Of a stretch of 64,000 nt of DNA, positions 1-11,519 are shown in pieces. The DNA is from Batkoa obscura (taxonomy: Eukaryota). The position numbers and the translations under genes are program-made. How positions within the stretch are numbered: position 1 is the stretch's first letter; each line of letters starts with the position of its first letter. The notes below the pieces were generated by a model that worked only from the letters and a program-made list of their open reading frames with translations, made no database searches and was not told the origin of the DNA. The DNA lies in assembly GCA_030770535.1 (NCBI GenBank), contig JASVEC010000021.1, positions 372,001-436,000 on the forward strand. The letters run 5' to 3'.

Positions 1-798
1 TAAAACACTATCTCTAGTTACCTAATTTAAATTTTAAAATTTCGATACTTAACAGATAAAAAACTATACTTTAGCACATATACTAGCAGCAGAAACAGAA
101 GGATATAAAGAATCAGCTTTTTTTGACACTTTGATTCTTATATAGGGAAAATGAGAATTGAGTTTAGCTTCGTATTTTTCTGGTATTCCAACTGTATCAA
201 CATAGATCTAATCATTTTAATACTTACAAAATAGTTTAAATTAGGATTACTTCTTTGATTTTTACGCCTTCTTCAAGCAATCTTTTAATTAAATTAATAG
301 TTGTATCATGTGCTAATGCATTCAAATTATACTTTTCTCTACAAAAAATCAATACTTAAAATTAGACTATGAAAGTTCGATTACTTCCCCAACATACAAC
401 TTGATATATATGAGGGCGATAATGAGTGTATTGCATATCCTATTCTATCTGAATTCTGGTTGATTTTCTCAAATAAGCTCTCTCTTTGAATTTCATTCAG
501 CACCTTAGAATCTAATTACTTTGTTAACAACTCTCCATACATTTGATTTTTATTTACCATCGAATCCTAAATCTTTAAAATCATCCTCCATGCCTGGTAT
601 GTGATAACATGCTGAATAAACCATTGGGCCTAAAAATTCATCAATAAAAATAAATACCTTATACTTCAATTTACCTAAAACAGGACCTCTACCAGCTTCA
701 TCAACACCTAATATGCATCCTTCACCTTCTTTAGCTTTTAACGGAATAGGCGACAAGTGAACAAACGATTTTGTATTTTTTAAAAAAGAAAATGCCAT
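1..798 (-). CDS. RNH201: Ribonuclease H2 catalytic subunit A (multi-exon, 3' part runs off the window start)
   Basis: [23 protein letters not shown] and later [22 protein letters not shown] and [20 protein letters not shown] motifs, separated by short GT-AG introns. Confidence 0.93.
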
Positions 799-1254
799 AA
801 AAAAGATTGATATATATTTTTTAAAATTATTGCTTTTTGAATTTTATTAAAATGGGTCACGTTTTTAACCATTAGTTGTAAAAACTAGGAGTTTAAATTA
901 AATTAATCAACCTTAAAGCCTTGACAGATTTTTTATATAAGTCATTTTATAAATAATAATATTTTGTCTAAAGAAATGAGCTATTGACTGCAAAAGTAAA
1001 CATGGTCTATGCTAAAGGATAGAAGTTAGAGCAAAAAACAAACGATGTAGCAGTTCTTTATCCTTATTAAATGGATTTGCCCAACAATTCTAGTATTTAA
1101 AAATCTGCTTAATATTGTCATTTGCAAAAAAGATTGAGAGTTTTAGTTTTCAAATAGTCCAATAAAGATTTGCCATCAAGATTGAATGATGCATAAAATG
1201 TAAAAAAAAGAAAATCAAACAAAACAACAAACTTTTTAAATCAAATTAGTAAAA

Positions 1255-2557
1255 ATGTATCAAGGATATGGACAAGAAAAGGATGGCTATGACAATAACC
1301 AATACTATGATCAAACTGGGATTCAACAACCGGTCCCAGTAAGACCTGTACAAGCCGATAGTCGAGGTTGGGACAGCCAATATCAAGAATATCCAAACGA
1401 AAGTCAAGTTAATTACAATAATAAACAACCCTATCCTACTCCTAATCCAGCACAACAAGGCCAGTATCAAAATTATCAGCAAGGAAATAATGGTCAAAAT
1501 ATGGACCAATTCATCAATCTTCAAGGAGGATTTGAAAACTTTTCTCAGTTCCAAAACTCGGCTGCTGCTCAGTTAGGGGTTCAATTGGGTCAAAATGCCA
1601 TGCAAGCTGGTTCAAAATACATGGAACAAAACGTAAAAAAGACAAAATATTCTATAAATTAGTTGATTACATTAAAATAGGTAGGAAGATTCATAAATAT
1701 ACCAAAATTGAAACACTACTTTAACGTCAGCAACGGTTATGTTTTAAATAAATTGCGTTTACTATTGTTTCCTTTCAGCCATAAGGTAAGATCTAGTCTT
1801 TTTAAGTATCGGTCATATTAATTTCATTAGTCATGGTCACGTAAACTTAGAACAACAGAAAACAATGGACAAATTGAGAGCTATTGTCCTCCAAGAGAGG
1901 ATATCAATGCCCCAGATTTATACATCCCAGGTAAAAATGCTTTACTTAATTGAAAAAATCCAAAATTTAAATTTAAACAGTAACTGCGTTCGTAACTTAT
2001 ATTTTAGTGGTTGGCGTTGCAGCTGGTAGAGAAAGGTAGTTTTATTTTGCTTATTCATATATTCTATTCATCTTTTAGTTTTAAACCGGAACTTTTGGGA
2101 AAAACAGCATCTACTGCCTTAGGCGTCATTTTCTTTGAAGTTATGTTACTTAAACTAGGATGTTATCTTTTTTCTGTTACTTCCGATACCCAACTTTTGG
2201 ATTTGATATCTTATTGTGGTTATAAGTTTATTGGGTAAATTCATTACCAATATTTGATTTATTACTAACCATTTATAGAATAATCGTATCTATTTTGGTT
2301 GGTAAGTTAGCATTCGAATATAAATGGATATTTTATGTTGCCTTCATTTATACTTGTATGGCTACTGGCTTCTTTTTGGTAACTTTATTTTGCTTATTTA
2401 ATTAAAAAGGCTAATTTTTTAGTTACGCTCTTTACGTCATATAGTATTACCAGAGTCTTCAATGTCGGTTGGAAATGCGTTTAGGAAACGTAGAGTGAAT
2501 TTATTGTTTGGTATTGCTGCTATCCAACTCTTTTCCTGTTGGCTTCTTACTGTCTAG
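1255..2557 (+). CDS. YIF1: YIF1/Hrf1 ER-Golgi membrane protein (multi-exon)
   Basis: Spliced reading gives LKHYFNVSNGYVLNKLRLLLFPF, PPREDINAPDLYIP, FKPELLG and LLDLISYCGYKF; stop TAG at 2555-2557. Confidence 0.9.
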
Positions 2558-3002
2558 TATTATAAATTTGCTTTTATAATCAAGGTTTGTGATTAAAAAA
2601 TATTAATGTAAAAACTTTTACATATATTTATATTAAAAATAAAATTCAAAGTTAATTTTAGTTTTACAAATGATAGCTGCTTACTTTCAATAGTCCTCCT
2701 TGAGCAATTAATCATCTTAATTTATAGCTATATATAAATCTGCTTCCTTTTTGAGATATTATTTTAGCTAGTTTGGTTATAAAGCTTTTCTTATTAGAAA
2801 TTTAATTTTTGTTAAATTTGTATTTGAATAATTTTTTATATCATATATATTACTGTAGTTTAAAAATTATTAGTGAAAAAAATATCAAAATATTTTAATT
2901 AAACTTTCGCTTTTGTAGTTTAGTTTAACCCATTTAATTAAGCGAATATTTAATTGGACATTATTGAAATTTAACAAAATCGAAAAATTAGTTCTTTAAA
3001 AT

Positions 3003-4173
3003 ATGATGGTAACAGATAAGATAGAATTAAAAGTAGGGTTAGGTGAGGATATGCTAATACAACTGATAACGCTGTTATTAATAATGATAAACTACTATAG
3101 TCCCAGAACACTTCTCGAGCCCAGTATATCAAGTGATCAATAAAGAAGAAAATGAATTTTTAAAAAACAACCTGAATGTTAATGTTTTAAATTGTCCTGG
3201 TAATAATTCATTAATTCATTAAACTTTAACATTGATTTTTAGCTGGGACTGGAGAAGTAATCTATCTACATGAATATGTTTATCATTTATTTATTAATTA
3301 AAAAGATGTTAAAAAAACTCCATAATAACGAAATAGACATTGCTTTTGTAGTAACTGAGGGTTTTGTATCAGGTAATATTATTACAACTTACAACAAAGA
3401 TGCTAAAACGAAAATTAGCAAAATTAAAAGGGGATCAAGATATTATAGCTTTGGGAACTTACGTTGAGTCATCCTTATGTAAACTTGTTCTTAATTAATT
3501 GAACGTATAACTAATTTTTAGGTTGGGCTGCATCTACAGGAAAAAACCGTAAATTTGATGATGTAAAGGATATAAAAAATCCAGTTTTTGGAATTAGTAG
3601 AATAGGAAGCGGAAGTCATGTAATGGCACAAGTAATGGCACAAGAGACAGGATGGGATGAGAAAAACTTAAAATATGAAATTTTAAATAATATTGATGGT
3701 TTGTCTAATGGAGTACAAAATGAAGCAGCTGACTTATTTTTATGGGAACATTTTACTACTAAAGTAACTCATTTTAAAAAAAATATCAAATCAATGTTAA
3801 TTATTTATAGCCATTATACGATAGTAATACATTAAAAAAAATTGGGCAAGTAGTAGCTCCATGGCCTTCTTTTTTGATAGTAGCACATCGATCCATTATA
3901 ACCAAATATCTTAGCGAACTAGGATTATTTATGAATGCTTTAAACAAAATAGTGACTGCTTTTAAAGATGATGAAATCAGTTCCAAAGAGTTTGTTAAAA
4001 ATCATTTTAAATACTCTTCAGAAGATGTTGAAGCTTGGTTTAGTAAAGTAGAATACCCAGCTAATGTGATGGCTATTAATAGAACTAAGATGAACAACTG
4101 CGTAAAAGCATTAAATATAGAAGAAGTTGATATGAGTAGCTGGATAGAATGCTCTATTGCAAAATGGTGTTAG
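3003..4173 (+). CDS. Type-2 periplasmic-binding-fold protein (SsuA/THI5/Ca3427-like), multi-exon
   Basis: Spliced motifs VPEHFS, CPAGTGEM, TEGFV, GISRIGSGSHVMA, FLWEHFTTK, APWPSFLI; includes a 14-nt micro-exon at 3243-3256. Confidence 0.75.
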
Positions 4174-4270
4174 AATAAATTAAATTTATACATTACCTTT
4201 TACTTTTTTAAAATTTCAATTATAAATAATTATAGCAGTAAATAATAAAACATCCAACTTAACTTTAAGT

Positions 4271-5566
4271 TTATTTGTGTACTCTTTTTTTAAAATATCC
4301 ATACGATTTAAGGGTTTGAGTGCACCATTCTTCCCAAGAAATTATCTCCCCTTTAATATGACCATAACTAGCAGATCGATCAACAAATAAATTACCAAGT
4401 GTATTAGCGTGTCCTTTAACTTTAACCAAGGTACTTGGAATATCCAGTCCTAAGCACATAAGTATCTTATAGTCCAATGTACTTTTACAAGGTCTTTTTC
4501 TAGTAACAGGATTGATGTCATAAAATTTTTCAAAATGATTGATTACATAGGAAGAATCGGTTAAAATAAAAGTAGCCATCCTACTTTTTTTGACTTTAAA
4601 CAAAGCAAATATAACGCCACATAATTCTACAAAGTTACTAGAAGGTACAACTTCTTTGAGTTGATAGCTCCAGTGTTCCAAAATGAACCCAGCTCGAGTG
4701 CTTAAGACTCCTGAAAAGGAACCAAAAGTGCTATGTTTAAGCGAAGCATCAGTATATATTTCATATTTTTTTGGCTTCCCCCAAGTTATAACTGAACGAC
4801 TTTTTGTATTCCACAAAAAAGAGAATCGGATGTCTTTAGCCAGATCCTCATTTAAAAAATACACCTTCTTCTTTGTACGAATGTCTTCACGATTTATTAA
4901 ACTATTACAATACGTTAGAATATCGTTCAATAAGGTTCTCCCAGCTTCCGAGATGACTTTAGCTAGTCTACTCTCGCCAGATTTTGATTGTTTCTTAAAC
5001 TGGCCCTTAATTTCTGTTATAAGGGTTAATATTTTTTTAAAATTAAAAGTGTTAGTTTCAACTTTTAACTTTTCATTTATGACTCCAAGTAAGTCAATTG
5101 TTTTTACAAACTGTTTTAATATTTTAAGAATATGCACCTGCTCTAAAGTTGACGGAAACTGCTCCAAGAACTCAGTATATATACTAGAATGCAACTCTAA
5201 TTGTTTATAGTAATATAAGTTACAAATTTTTACTTTTGCCAACTTTCCGTTGCTAGTTTTGTCTTTAATTCCTTTTATTGTTTCCTCTAAATTAGGTATC
5301 TCAAACTGCGATATTAAATTAAAACGATGCCAATAAATATTAAACTCTCCAAGGAATTTAATAATATAATCATAATTGATCAATATTACAATATTGCGAT
5401 CACTATCGAATAACTCCCTAGTCAATTCAAGAATTTGAGTCCAAGTGGCTTGATTGGACTCTAAATTATAAATAAAGTGCTTCGGGAGCAACTTCGGTTT
5501 GAAGAAATAACTTTCATATCCTGAAAGATGGTATTGCTGTTTTGGTTTAATTAAACTCTTTTCCAT
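4271..5566 (-). CDS. Intronless 431-aa protein: degenerate (DIRS-like) RT-like N-terminal region plus C-terminal RNase H with intact catalytic motifs
   Basis: RNase H motifs YTDAS, SNFVEL, LTDSSY and KVKGHANTLGNLFVD. The N-terminal order GYESYFFKPK..FIYNL / ILINYD / YYKQ / IDLLGV / GRTLL / FLWN parallels RT motifs, judged by eye. Confidence 0.75.
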   Translation of the reverse strand: MEKSLIKPKQQYHLSGYESYFFKPKLLPKHFIYNLESNQATWTQILELTRELFDSDRNIVILINYDYIIKFLGEFNIYWHRFNLISQFEIPNLEETIKGIKDKTSNGKLAKVKICNLYYYKQLELHSSIYTEFLEQFPSTLEQVHILKILKQFVKTIDLLGVINEKLKVETNTFNFKKILTLITEIKGQFKKQSKSGESRLAKVISEAGRTLLNDILTYCNSLINREDIRTKKKVYFLNEDLAKDIRFSFLWNTKSRSVITWGKPKKYEIYTDASLKHSTFGSFSGVLSTRAGFILEHWSYQLKEVVPSSNFVELCGVIFALFKVKKSRMATFILTDSSYVINHFEKFYDINPVTRKRPCKSTLDYKILMCLGLDIPSTLVKVKGHANTLGNLFVDRSASYGHIKGEIISWEEWCTQTLKSYGYFKKRVHK

Positions 5567-6258
5567 AAACTATAGCCTTATGATGTTTAGCTTTCAAAGC
5601 TATTTATTCGATACTTCTGTTAATTTTCGAGCTTTTTTGGTTGTTGAAATTTAAGTTAGAAGAGCTAAGTGAATTCAAGACTATTTAAATGATGACTTTA
5701 TTAAATTATTGGTCTAAAAATGATGAATAATTAAATTTACCTAAATGAAAGTCACAAAAATGATTGAGTCAAAAAAATTAAGAGTCAAAAAACTAATATA
5801 GTTTAAGTTTAAATGAATGTTATATAGAAACTATTAAAATTACTAATCTGTATTGTTGGATTATTTGTGGCTTTGAGATCTAAACTTTATTTTTAAACGA
5901 GCATTTAGTGCATATTTGGACTTAAATTTTTTTAGTTTAACTCATTTTTTATTTTCTTTTGACTCGATCGTTTTGAAAAAAGATATTAAATTAGTCACTA
6001 AAATGACGGCTAAGCATTCAGATCATTATTCTTGAAAACAATGCTGTAGGCTGATGTATCTATATTAAAATTGAGTGTTAAATGATCTAAGCCAGATGGA
6101 TTTATATTTACCTTAAAAATATCCTTTTGAAGTTATAGACGGTCTACTTCTACTAATAACTTTAAAGGAATACGTACTATATGTCACTTAAAACTGCTAT
6201 TTTAAAGTCAAATAGAATCCATAGAATATAATAACTAACCAATTAAAAAAAAATAACA

Positions 6259-6360
6259 TAAGGGTGCTTTTTTTTGATTTCATTACTTTCTCCATCTTTT
6301 TAAGCGCTATTTAAGCGGAAAATTTGTTAATAAAATTCCTAAACAGAAATATATTCTCAA
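6259..6360 (-). mobile_element. MITE family A copy (degenerate)
   Basis: Core TTAAGCGCTATTTAAGCGGAAAATTTGTTAATAAAATT matches the reverse complement of the family consensus. Confidence 0.8.
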
Positions 6361-6792
6361 CATTGTAAAATATTGATAGATAGCAACTTGAAACTAGGAA
6401 TGTTATTGAAAACTATAAGCAATAATATTAAAATTATAAAGTATAAATATATATAGTTATAAACCAATATAAAAAATAAAATAGAACAGGTGATCTATCT
6501 TTAAAAAACAATATAATATCTCAATACCAATAACATTATATTTCTCTAGTCTAGTACTTTTTGGACTAATTATTTAGATTAGTTCCTAGTTAATTTAGTT
6601 TAAAATTATAATAAATCTATTTAAGAATAAATTTCTTATCATTGTAAATTTATGAAGATAAATTAAAAGTAAAAATGTTGATAAATGCTACTATTTAAAA
6701 GCCCTTATTCAATAAGACTTCTTATTTATCGAAGATATTGTATATATATTTTCCTTGACTAAATAACTGTGAACTACTAATAAAATATATAA

Positions 6793-6892
6793 TATGGGGA
6801 TGTATTTTTGTATTTAAGAATTTTACTGACAATTTTTCCACGTAAATAGCGCTTAAAAATGGAAAAATAGTGAAACTAAAAACAGCCCCATA
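6793..6892 (+). mobile_element. MITE family A copy
   Basis: TATGGGGATGTATTTTTG...AAAACAGCCCCATA; terminal inverted repeats flanked by TA. Confidence 0.88.
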
Positions 6893-6963
6893 GATTATAT
6901 TCAACTTTAAAATAATTACATGATTATATATTATTTCTCAATTGTGATCTCAACTTCGAGTTT

Positions 6964-7035
6964 GGGCGTATAGCTCAGTGGTAGAGCAATCGACTGCAGA
7001 TCGATAGGTCCCTGGTTCAAATCCGGGTGCGCCCT
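6964..7035 (+). tRNA. tRNA-Cys (GCA), intronless
   Basis: Acceptor stem GGGCGTA/TGCGCCC, D-arm TAGCTCAGTGGTAGAGC, anticodon arm ATCGA-CTGCAGA-TCGAT, T-loop GGTTCAAATCC. Confidence 0.97.
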
Positions 7036-7259
7036 TGGTAGGATATTTTTACTTTGTATTGCTAATAAACTAACATTGTGATATATACTTTTAGTTTCCA
7101 GTGTTTATTACAAGATAATTTTGATATGATTAAGAATTAAGATAGTTCAATTATAATTTTAGTAGATTTTTCACAACTCATTAGTGTACACAAATTAATA
7201 TCTTTTAAAAAATTTATTTTAATTATTCAAAGATGGTTAGAATATAGACCAAATATCCT

Positions 7260-8258
7260 TTAGTTACCTTTCACAGAGTTAATCTTTTCTTTAACATCCT
7301 CAGCAGCAGCTTTTGCTTTCCTATTTAATTCATTTGCCTTATCAGCTGCATCTCCTTTAATTTCTTCTCCTCTAACTTTAGCACTTTCAATATTATTACT
7401 AGCAGTACTTTTTATTTCCTCGGCTTTGTTATAAGCAGCATCCTTTGCTTGTCCAGCCTTCTCATAAACAGCATTCTTTGCTTCTTCAACTTTTCCGTAA
7501 GCAGCATCTTTTGCTTCTTCAACTTTTCCATAAGCAGCGTCTTTTGCTTCTTCAACTTTTCCATAAGCAGCATCTTTTGCTTCTTCAGCCTTCTCATAGG
7601 CAGCATCCTTCACTTGACCAACCTTTCCCTCAATAGTTTCTTTGACGTCATAAACTTTGTCAACTATACCGTGTTGAACTTTTAGAGCATTCTCTTTTAA
7701 GTCTTCAACTTTGTTAGCGATTTTTTCTTGAATTTCATGAACTTTATTCTCAGCAGATCCTAGCAACCCGTCTTTGGTCTGATTATATTTCTCTGAGGCT
7801 TTATCCTTTACATCCTTAGCAACAGACTCTGCCTTTTCAGTAGCAGAAGACTTTCTTTGAGCCTTTTCCTTAAGGTCTCCGACTACATCATTGGCTTTGT
7901 CTTTAATTTCTTCTACTTTATGAGCAACTTTCTCAGCAGTGTGGTGGCCATGAGTATGCTTGTCCGATGGTGGTGACGAAACGTAGAATAACTAAAAGAA
8001 TAAGAAAAAAATAAGATAATAAATAAACAAAATTACCCCACCAGCTAAAATTATAGCACCAACGATCTAAAGATATTAATATAAATTGACCATACTTTAA
8101 AACAAACTTACCATCCAAAGTTTATCATTTGACTCTTCTGGCTTATTAGCTGAAGAATAGAAACGGGTTGGTTGACGTAATGGTTTTGAGATTAAACACT
8201 TTGTAGAGGCTTTACTTAAAGTACTGATTTTAAATTGACGACAGGCACGAGTAAACAT
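7260..8258 (-). CDS. Group-3 LEA-like protein with predicted mitochondrial presequence and one TM segment (3 exons)
   Basis: ATG at 8258 gives MFTRACRQFKISTLSKASTKCLISKPLRQPTRFYSS; spliced LWM|IVGAIILAGG|LFYV hydrophobic segment; 11-mer repeats AKDAAYGKVEE. Confidence 0.8.
7435..7610 (-). repeat. 33-bp coding tandem repeat (~5 units) encoding LEA 11-mers
   Basis: Repeated TAAGCAGCATCTTTTGCTTCTTCAACTTTTCCA units on the + strand. Confidence 0.9.
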
Positions 8259-8834
8259 ACTTATAAATATCTAACAGTATAAACAATAATACAATTAAAT
8301 CTTGTCTTTTTTAATTTTTATATTCGTTTAATTATTACGTAACTCTTTGTAATGACTTTTGATTTGTCCAAGTCATTATTCTAACTCAATTCCAATCATC
8401 TATTGACTGAAAAATTACAGCAATGTTTGGGCAGTATTTATTAGCTCATAGATGTCGACATCATTTCTAATGTTAACTATCTGATAACAATAAGTTATTA
8501 AAATCGCATAAATTAATATAAAACTGCTATTTTTGAGATTAATTTCAATGTTTTTGAATAAGTTCAAATAATTTCTTAAATTAAATGGAAAAAGTGAACA
8601 AGATTGTAAAACAAAAGATACTTCCAAATGATATTTGAAAAATAAATATAGCTCAATGTTTTGTATGGGCAATCTCAAAATAAATATTTTAGATTAAAGA
8701 ATCCACTCAAGCTCCATTCTTAAATAACAAATTTGTCAAAATTTATTAATGTTATTCATAATCTTTTTATTAAAGTGAAATATATTAAAAACTTTCCTTT
8801 TAATATTAAGTTTAACGTAAGAGAATAGCAGGTT

Positions 8835-10414
8835 AATCTGAGGACTGAAGTTTAACTATTGTTCTACTACTGAGTCTTTGAGGCTTCCAATAAGAAAAAA
8901 ATAAATCATCACCAACATATGGAAAGTTTAGTAGTAAACAAGCTGAAATATGGATTTTTTACTTCATGAACTTGTCATCAGACCATAAACTCCTATTTAA
9001 TAAAGGTATGGGTTTAACCCGTTAGTTTAATTTGGTTTGTTTTTATCATCAGTACTACTACTAGCTCATCCAAATAGGCTTGCCTTTTGATTTACAGACT
9101 TTTATATACCATATTGCTATAATGAAAAATGTTAGCACTACTACATACTATATAAAACTCTCCATTATAACAGGAAAATTGTTACTTGTTTCATTATTTT
9201 TTTTTACCTTGAAACATCTTAAGTTAGCAGAAGTTTTATGTACTCCTACTTATATCCTTTCGCGTGAATAATATGGGGATGTATTTTTATGTTTAAGAAT
9301 TTTGCTAATAATTTTTCCACTCAAATAGTGCTTAAAAGATGGAAAAAGTAATGAAAGCAAAAAAAACATCCTCATATGCTTATTTCGTTTATAACTGACC
9401 CACATAATCTAAAAAAGTAAACCAAATGCTCATTGCAATAGGCTAAACAGTCACTTTAAGTCAATATAAAGCCACTTATCTTTTATTCTTTCTAAACTGA
9501 CCTACTAGAATTACCAAGTTAAAGTAAAAATTGATAAACGAAAATGTTGTTGAATCAAGACTAATACTTTCATCTGTAATAGCCATCTTACTCTCAATTG
9601 ACACTAAAGAGCGAGCAACCCGATTTTCTATAATATTGCCTTTGCACTGACGCCCGAATATATGCTTTTGGTCCAATTATACATTATTATATATCCCGTA
9701 CTTCTATTTTTATTCTTTTATATTCCGATGCCTCTTACAATATACATCTTTCTTTTATAAACTACTGCAGTATGTACTTTTACTTTGATTCCATTATATT
9801 GTGATTGGTTTTAAGCATTATTTATGACTTTAAATGTTGATACTGTACCTCTTGAATCCGTTTTATCTTTTCCTAAAGTTAAAATTTTCCTACCATAATA
9901 AAAGAATGGGTTGTGGTTTAGATCACCCTGAACAAGATTAATGGACAGTGCAAGGTCTCCAGTGTTTCTGAATTTAATCCAGCTTTAGTATCAAATTTAT
10001 TAGTTACTTTCTTATTGAGATCCCATTTTCTATTTTGTATATTAAACATTTGGAAACTCTTGTTTTTGAGAATGTTTCTACCACCAAACATAAAGATTTA
10101 GTTTGTTTGTCGATGCGTTGTTATACTAGGAAATTGAGTAATTAGTACATATGACAATGTACATGATCCCCATGGAACCCAGTTAGTCCCAAAAGCTCAA
10201 ACCCATCTTTGAGATTTAGATCAACTATTATTGTACTCTTTCCAACAATGCTTTTATCACTTTATAATATAATTAGTTCGTCAACATAGTACAATGTTCC
10301 GTTTATTACTCTCTATTCTCATGTATGAAGCTCTGTACGATAACCCTCAGTAAATGCTATATCTATATCTATACTTATAAAGGCAAAAAATAAGAAGGGT
10401 TTAAATGAATTCAT
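8835..10414 (-). pseudogene. Pseudogene of the Kelch-repeat single-pass membrane protein family; interrupted by a MITE (3' end approximate)
   Basis: Broken-frame remnants NGTLYYV, LNLKDGF, FMFGGRN..KSFQMFNIQNRKW, KGNIIENRVARS..ESKM, CLAYCNEHLVY and PLLNRSLW match the genes at 11520 and 43538; multiple stops and frameshifts. Confidence 0.8.
9272..9376 (+). mobile_element. MITE family A copy inside a Kelch pseudogene
   Basis: TATGGGGATGTATTTTTATG...AAAAAACATCCTCATA. Confidence 0.9.
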
Positions 10415-10743
10415 TTATTAGATGAATAAATACGAAAGTTCATTTATTATATTATATAAATGTCTACTAATATTTTTTTGTGCTGTCGCTTTTGTATCTA
10501 CCTTAAAGCACTAGTTTAATCAAAATTGGTTGTTACTTTCACAGTTTTTATAGATGGATAGTAAGTAGCCTTTGAGATTTTAAAAGGGTATGCCTTTTTG
10601 TATTCTTATAAAAAACTAAAAAGAGTGATATATTAGTTTCTAACAAGCTAACAAAAATCAAGAACTACAATAAATATCATAATACAACAACCTCTATGAA
10701 ATATGAAGCTGACTATGATAATAAATAGGCAGCGAAAGCAACA

Positions 10744-10843
10744 TATGGGGACATATTTTCTTGTTCGAGGATTTTACTGATAACCTTTCCACTCAAATAG
10801 CACTTAAATAGAAAAACTCATGAAACCATAAAAATACCTTATA
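10744..10843 (+). mobile_element. MITE family A copy (degenerate)
   Basis: TATGGGGACATATTTT...TTTCCACTCAAATAGCACTTAAA...ATACCTTATA. Confidence 0.8.
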
Positions 10844-11519
10844 ATGCATGCAGATTTGTTTTTGTTGAGCTAAGCCAAAAAACGGTCTGTAAAAACAGAT
10901 TCTTTAACACTTAATATCATAGTCAGCTGTATTAAACAAAAGTGTTAATATATGTATCTGTGTTTTAAATTGCAAAATAACCTTCTCCTTGAAACAAAAT
11001 TGTACTTTCATATACAGCATTAAACAACAGTAACATGTGTGTAGTAAAAGCTATTAATTCAATTTAATTCATATATGTAAAAATCAGAAACAAGTACCAT
11101 ATCTGTTTTAAAAAACTACTTTATGAACAAGTACTATTTTTTACTTTAAAGACCAATAAAATTACATCCATATATACTCGTTAAATTTTAAATAAGTTCG
11201 AATCAGTCAAGTAATTTAGCAATCAACAAACTCTACCTTAGTTTTTTTAGATATAGCAAAATGATACTCATTTTACTTAAATTGTATTTTATACAAAGCA
11301 AACTTATGTTTGGTTATGTAGGTTTGAATATTTGAACTTAGTCAAAATTTAATGCACTTTATAATGTATCTTGAGTCTATTTTATAAAAGGATATTGTAA
11401 AGTTTCAAATTATAGCTTAAAATTAAACACATCAAACAACTTTTTATTTAAAGCTCGGTTTTTAGGTAACTTACAAACTTAATATAAATATAAAAATCAC
11501 TAAAGTAAGACAAAAGCAC

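Noticed and set aside
1246..1554. Hydrophobic 102-aa minus-strand ORF
   Set aside because: Antisense to the Q/N/Y-rich first exon of YIF1; the hydrophobicity is a codon-complement artefact.
4683..5210. 175-aa + strand ORF
   Set aside because: Antisense shadow of the RT-like/RNase H ORF, with no recognisable motifs.
5755..5975. Imperfect inverted repeat (CAAAAATGATTGAGTCAAAA / TTTTGACTCGATCGTTTTG) upstream of the RT-like/RNase H gene
   Set aside because: Too degenerate to call, lies on one side of the ORF only and so cannot be DIRS-type termini; at most an old MITE remnant.
7412..7685. Repetitive ORFs in alternative frames and strands
   Set aside because: Shadows of the 33-bp LEA repeat.
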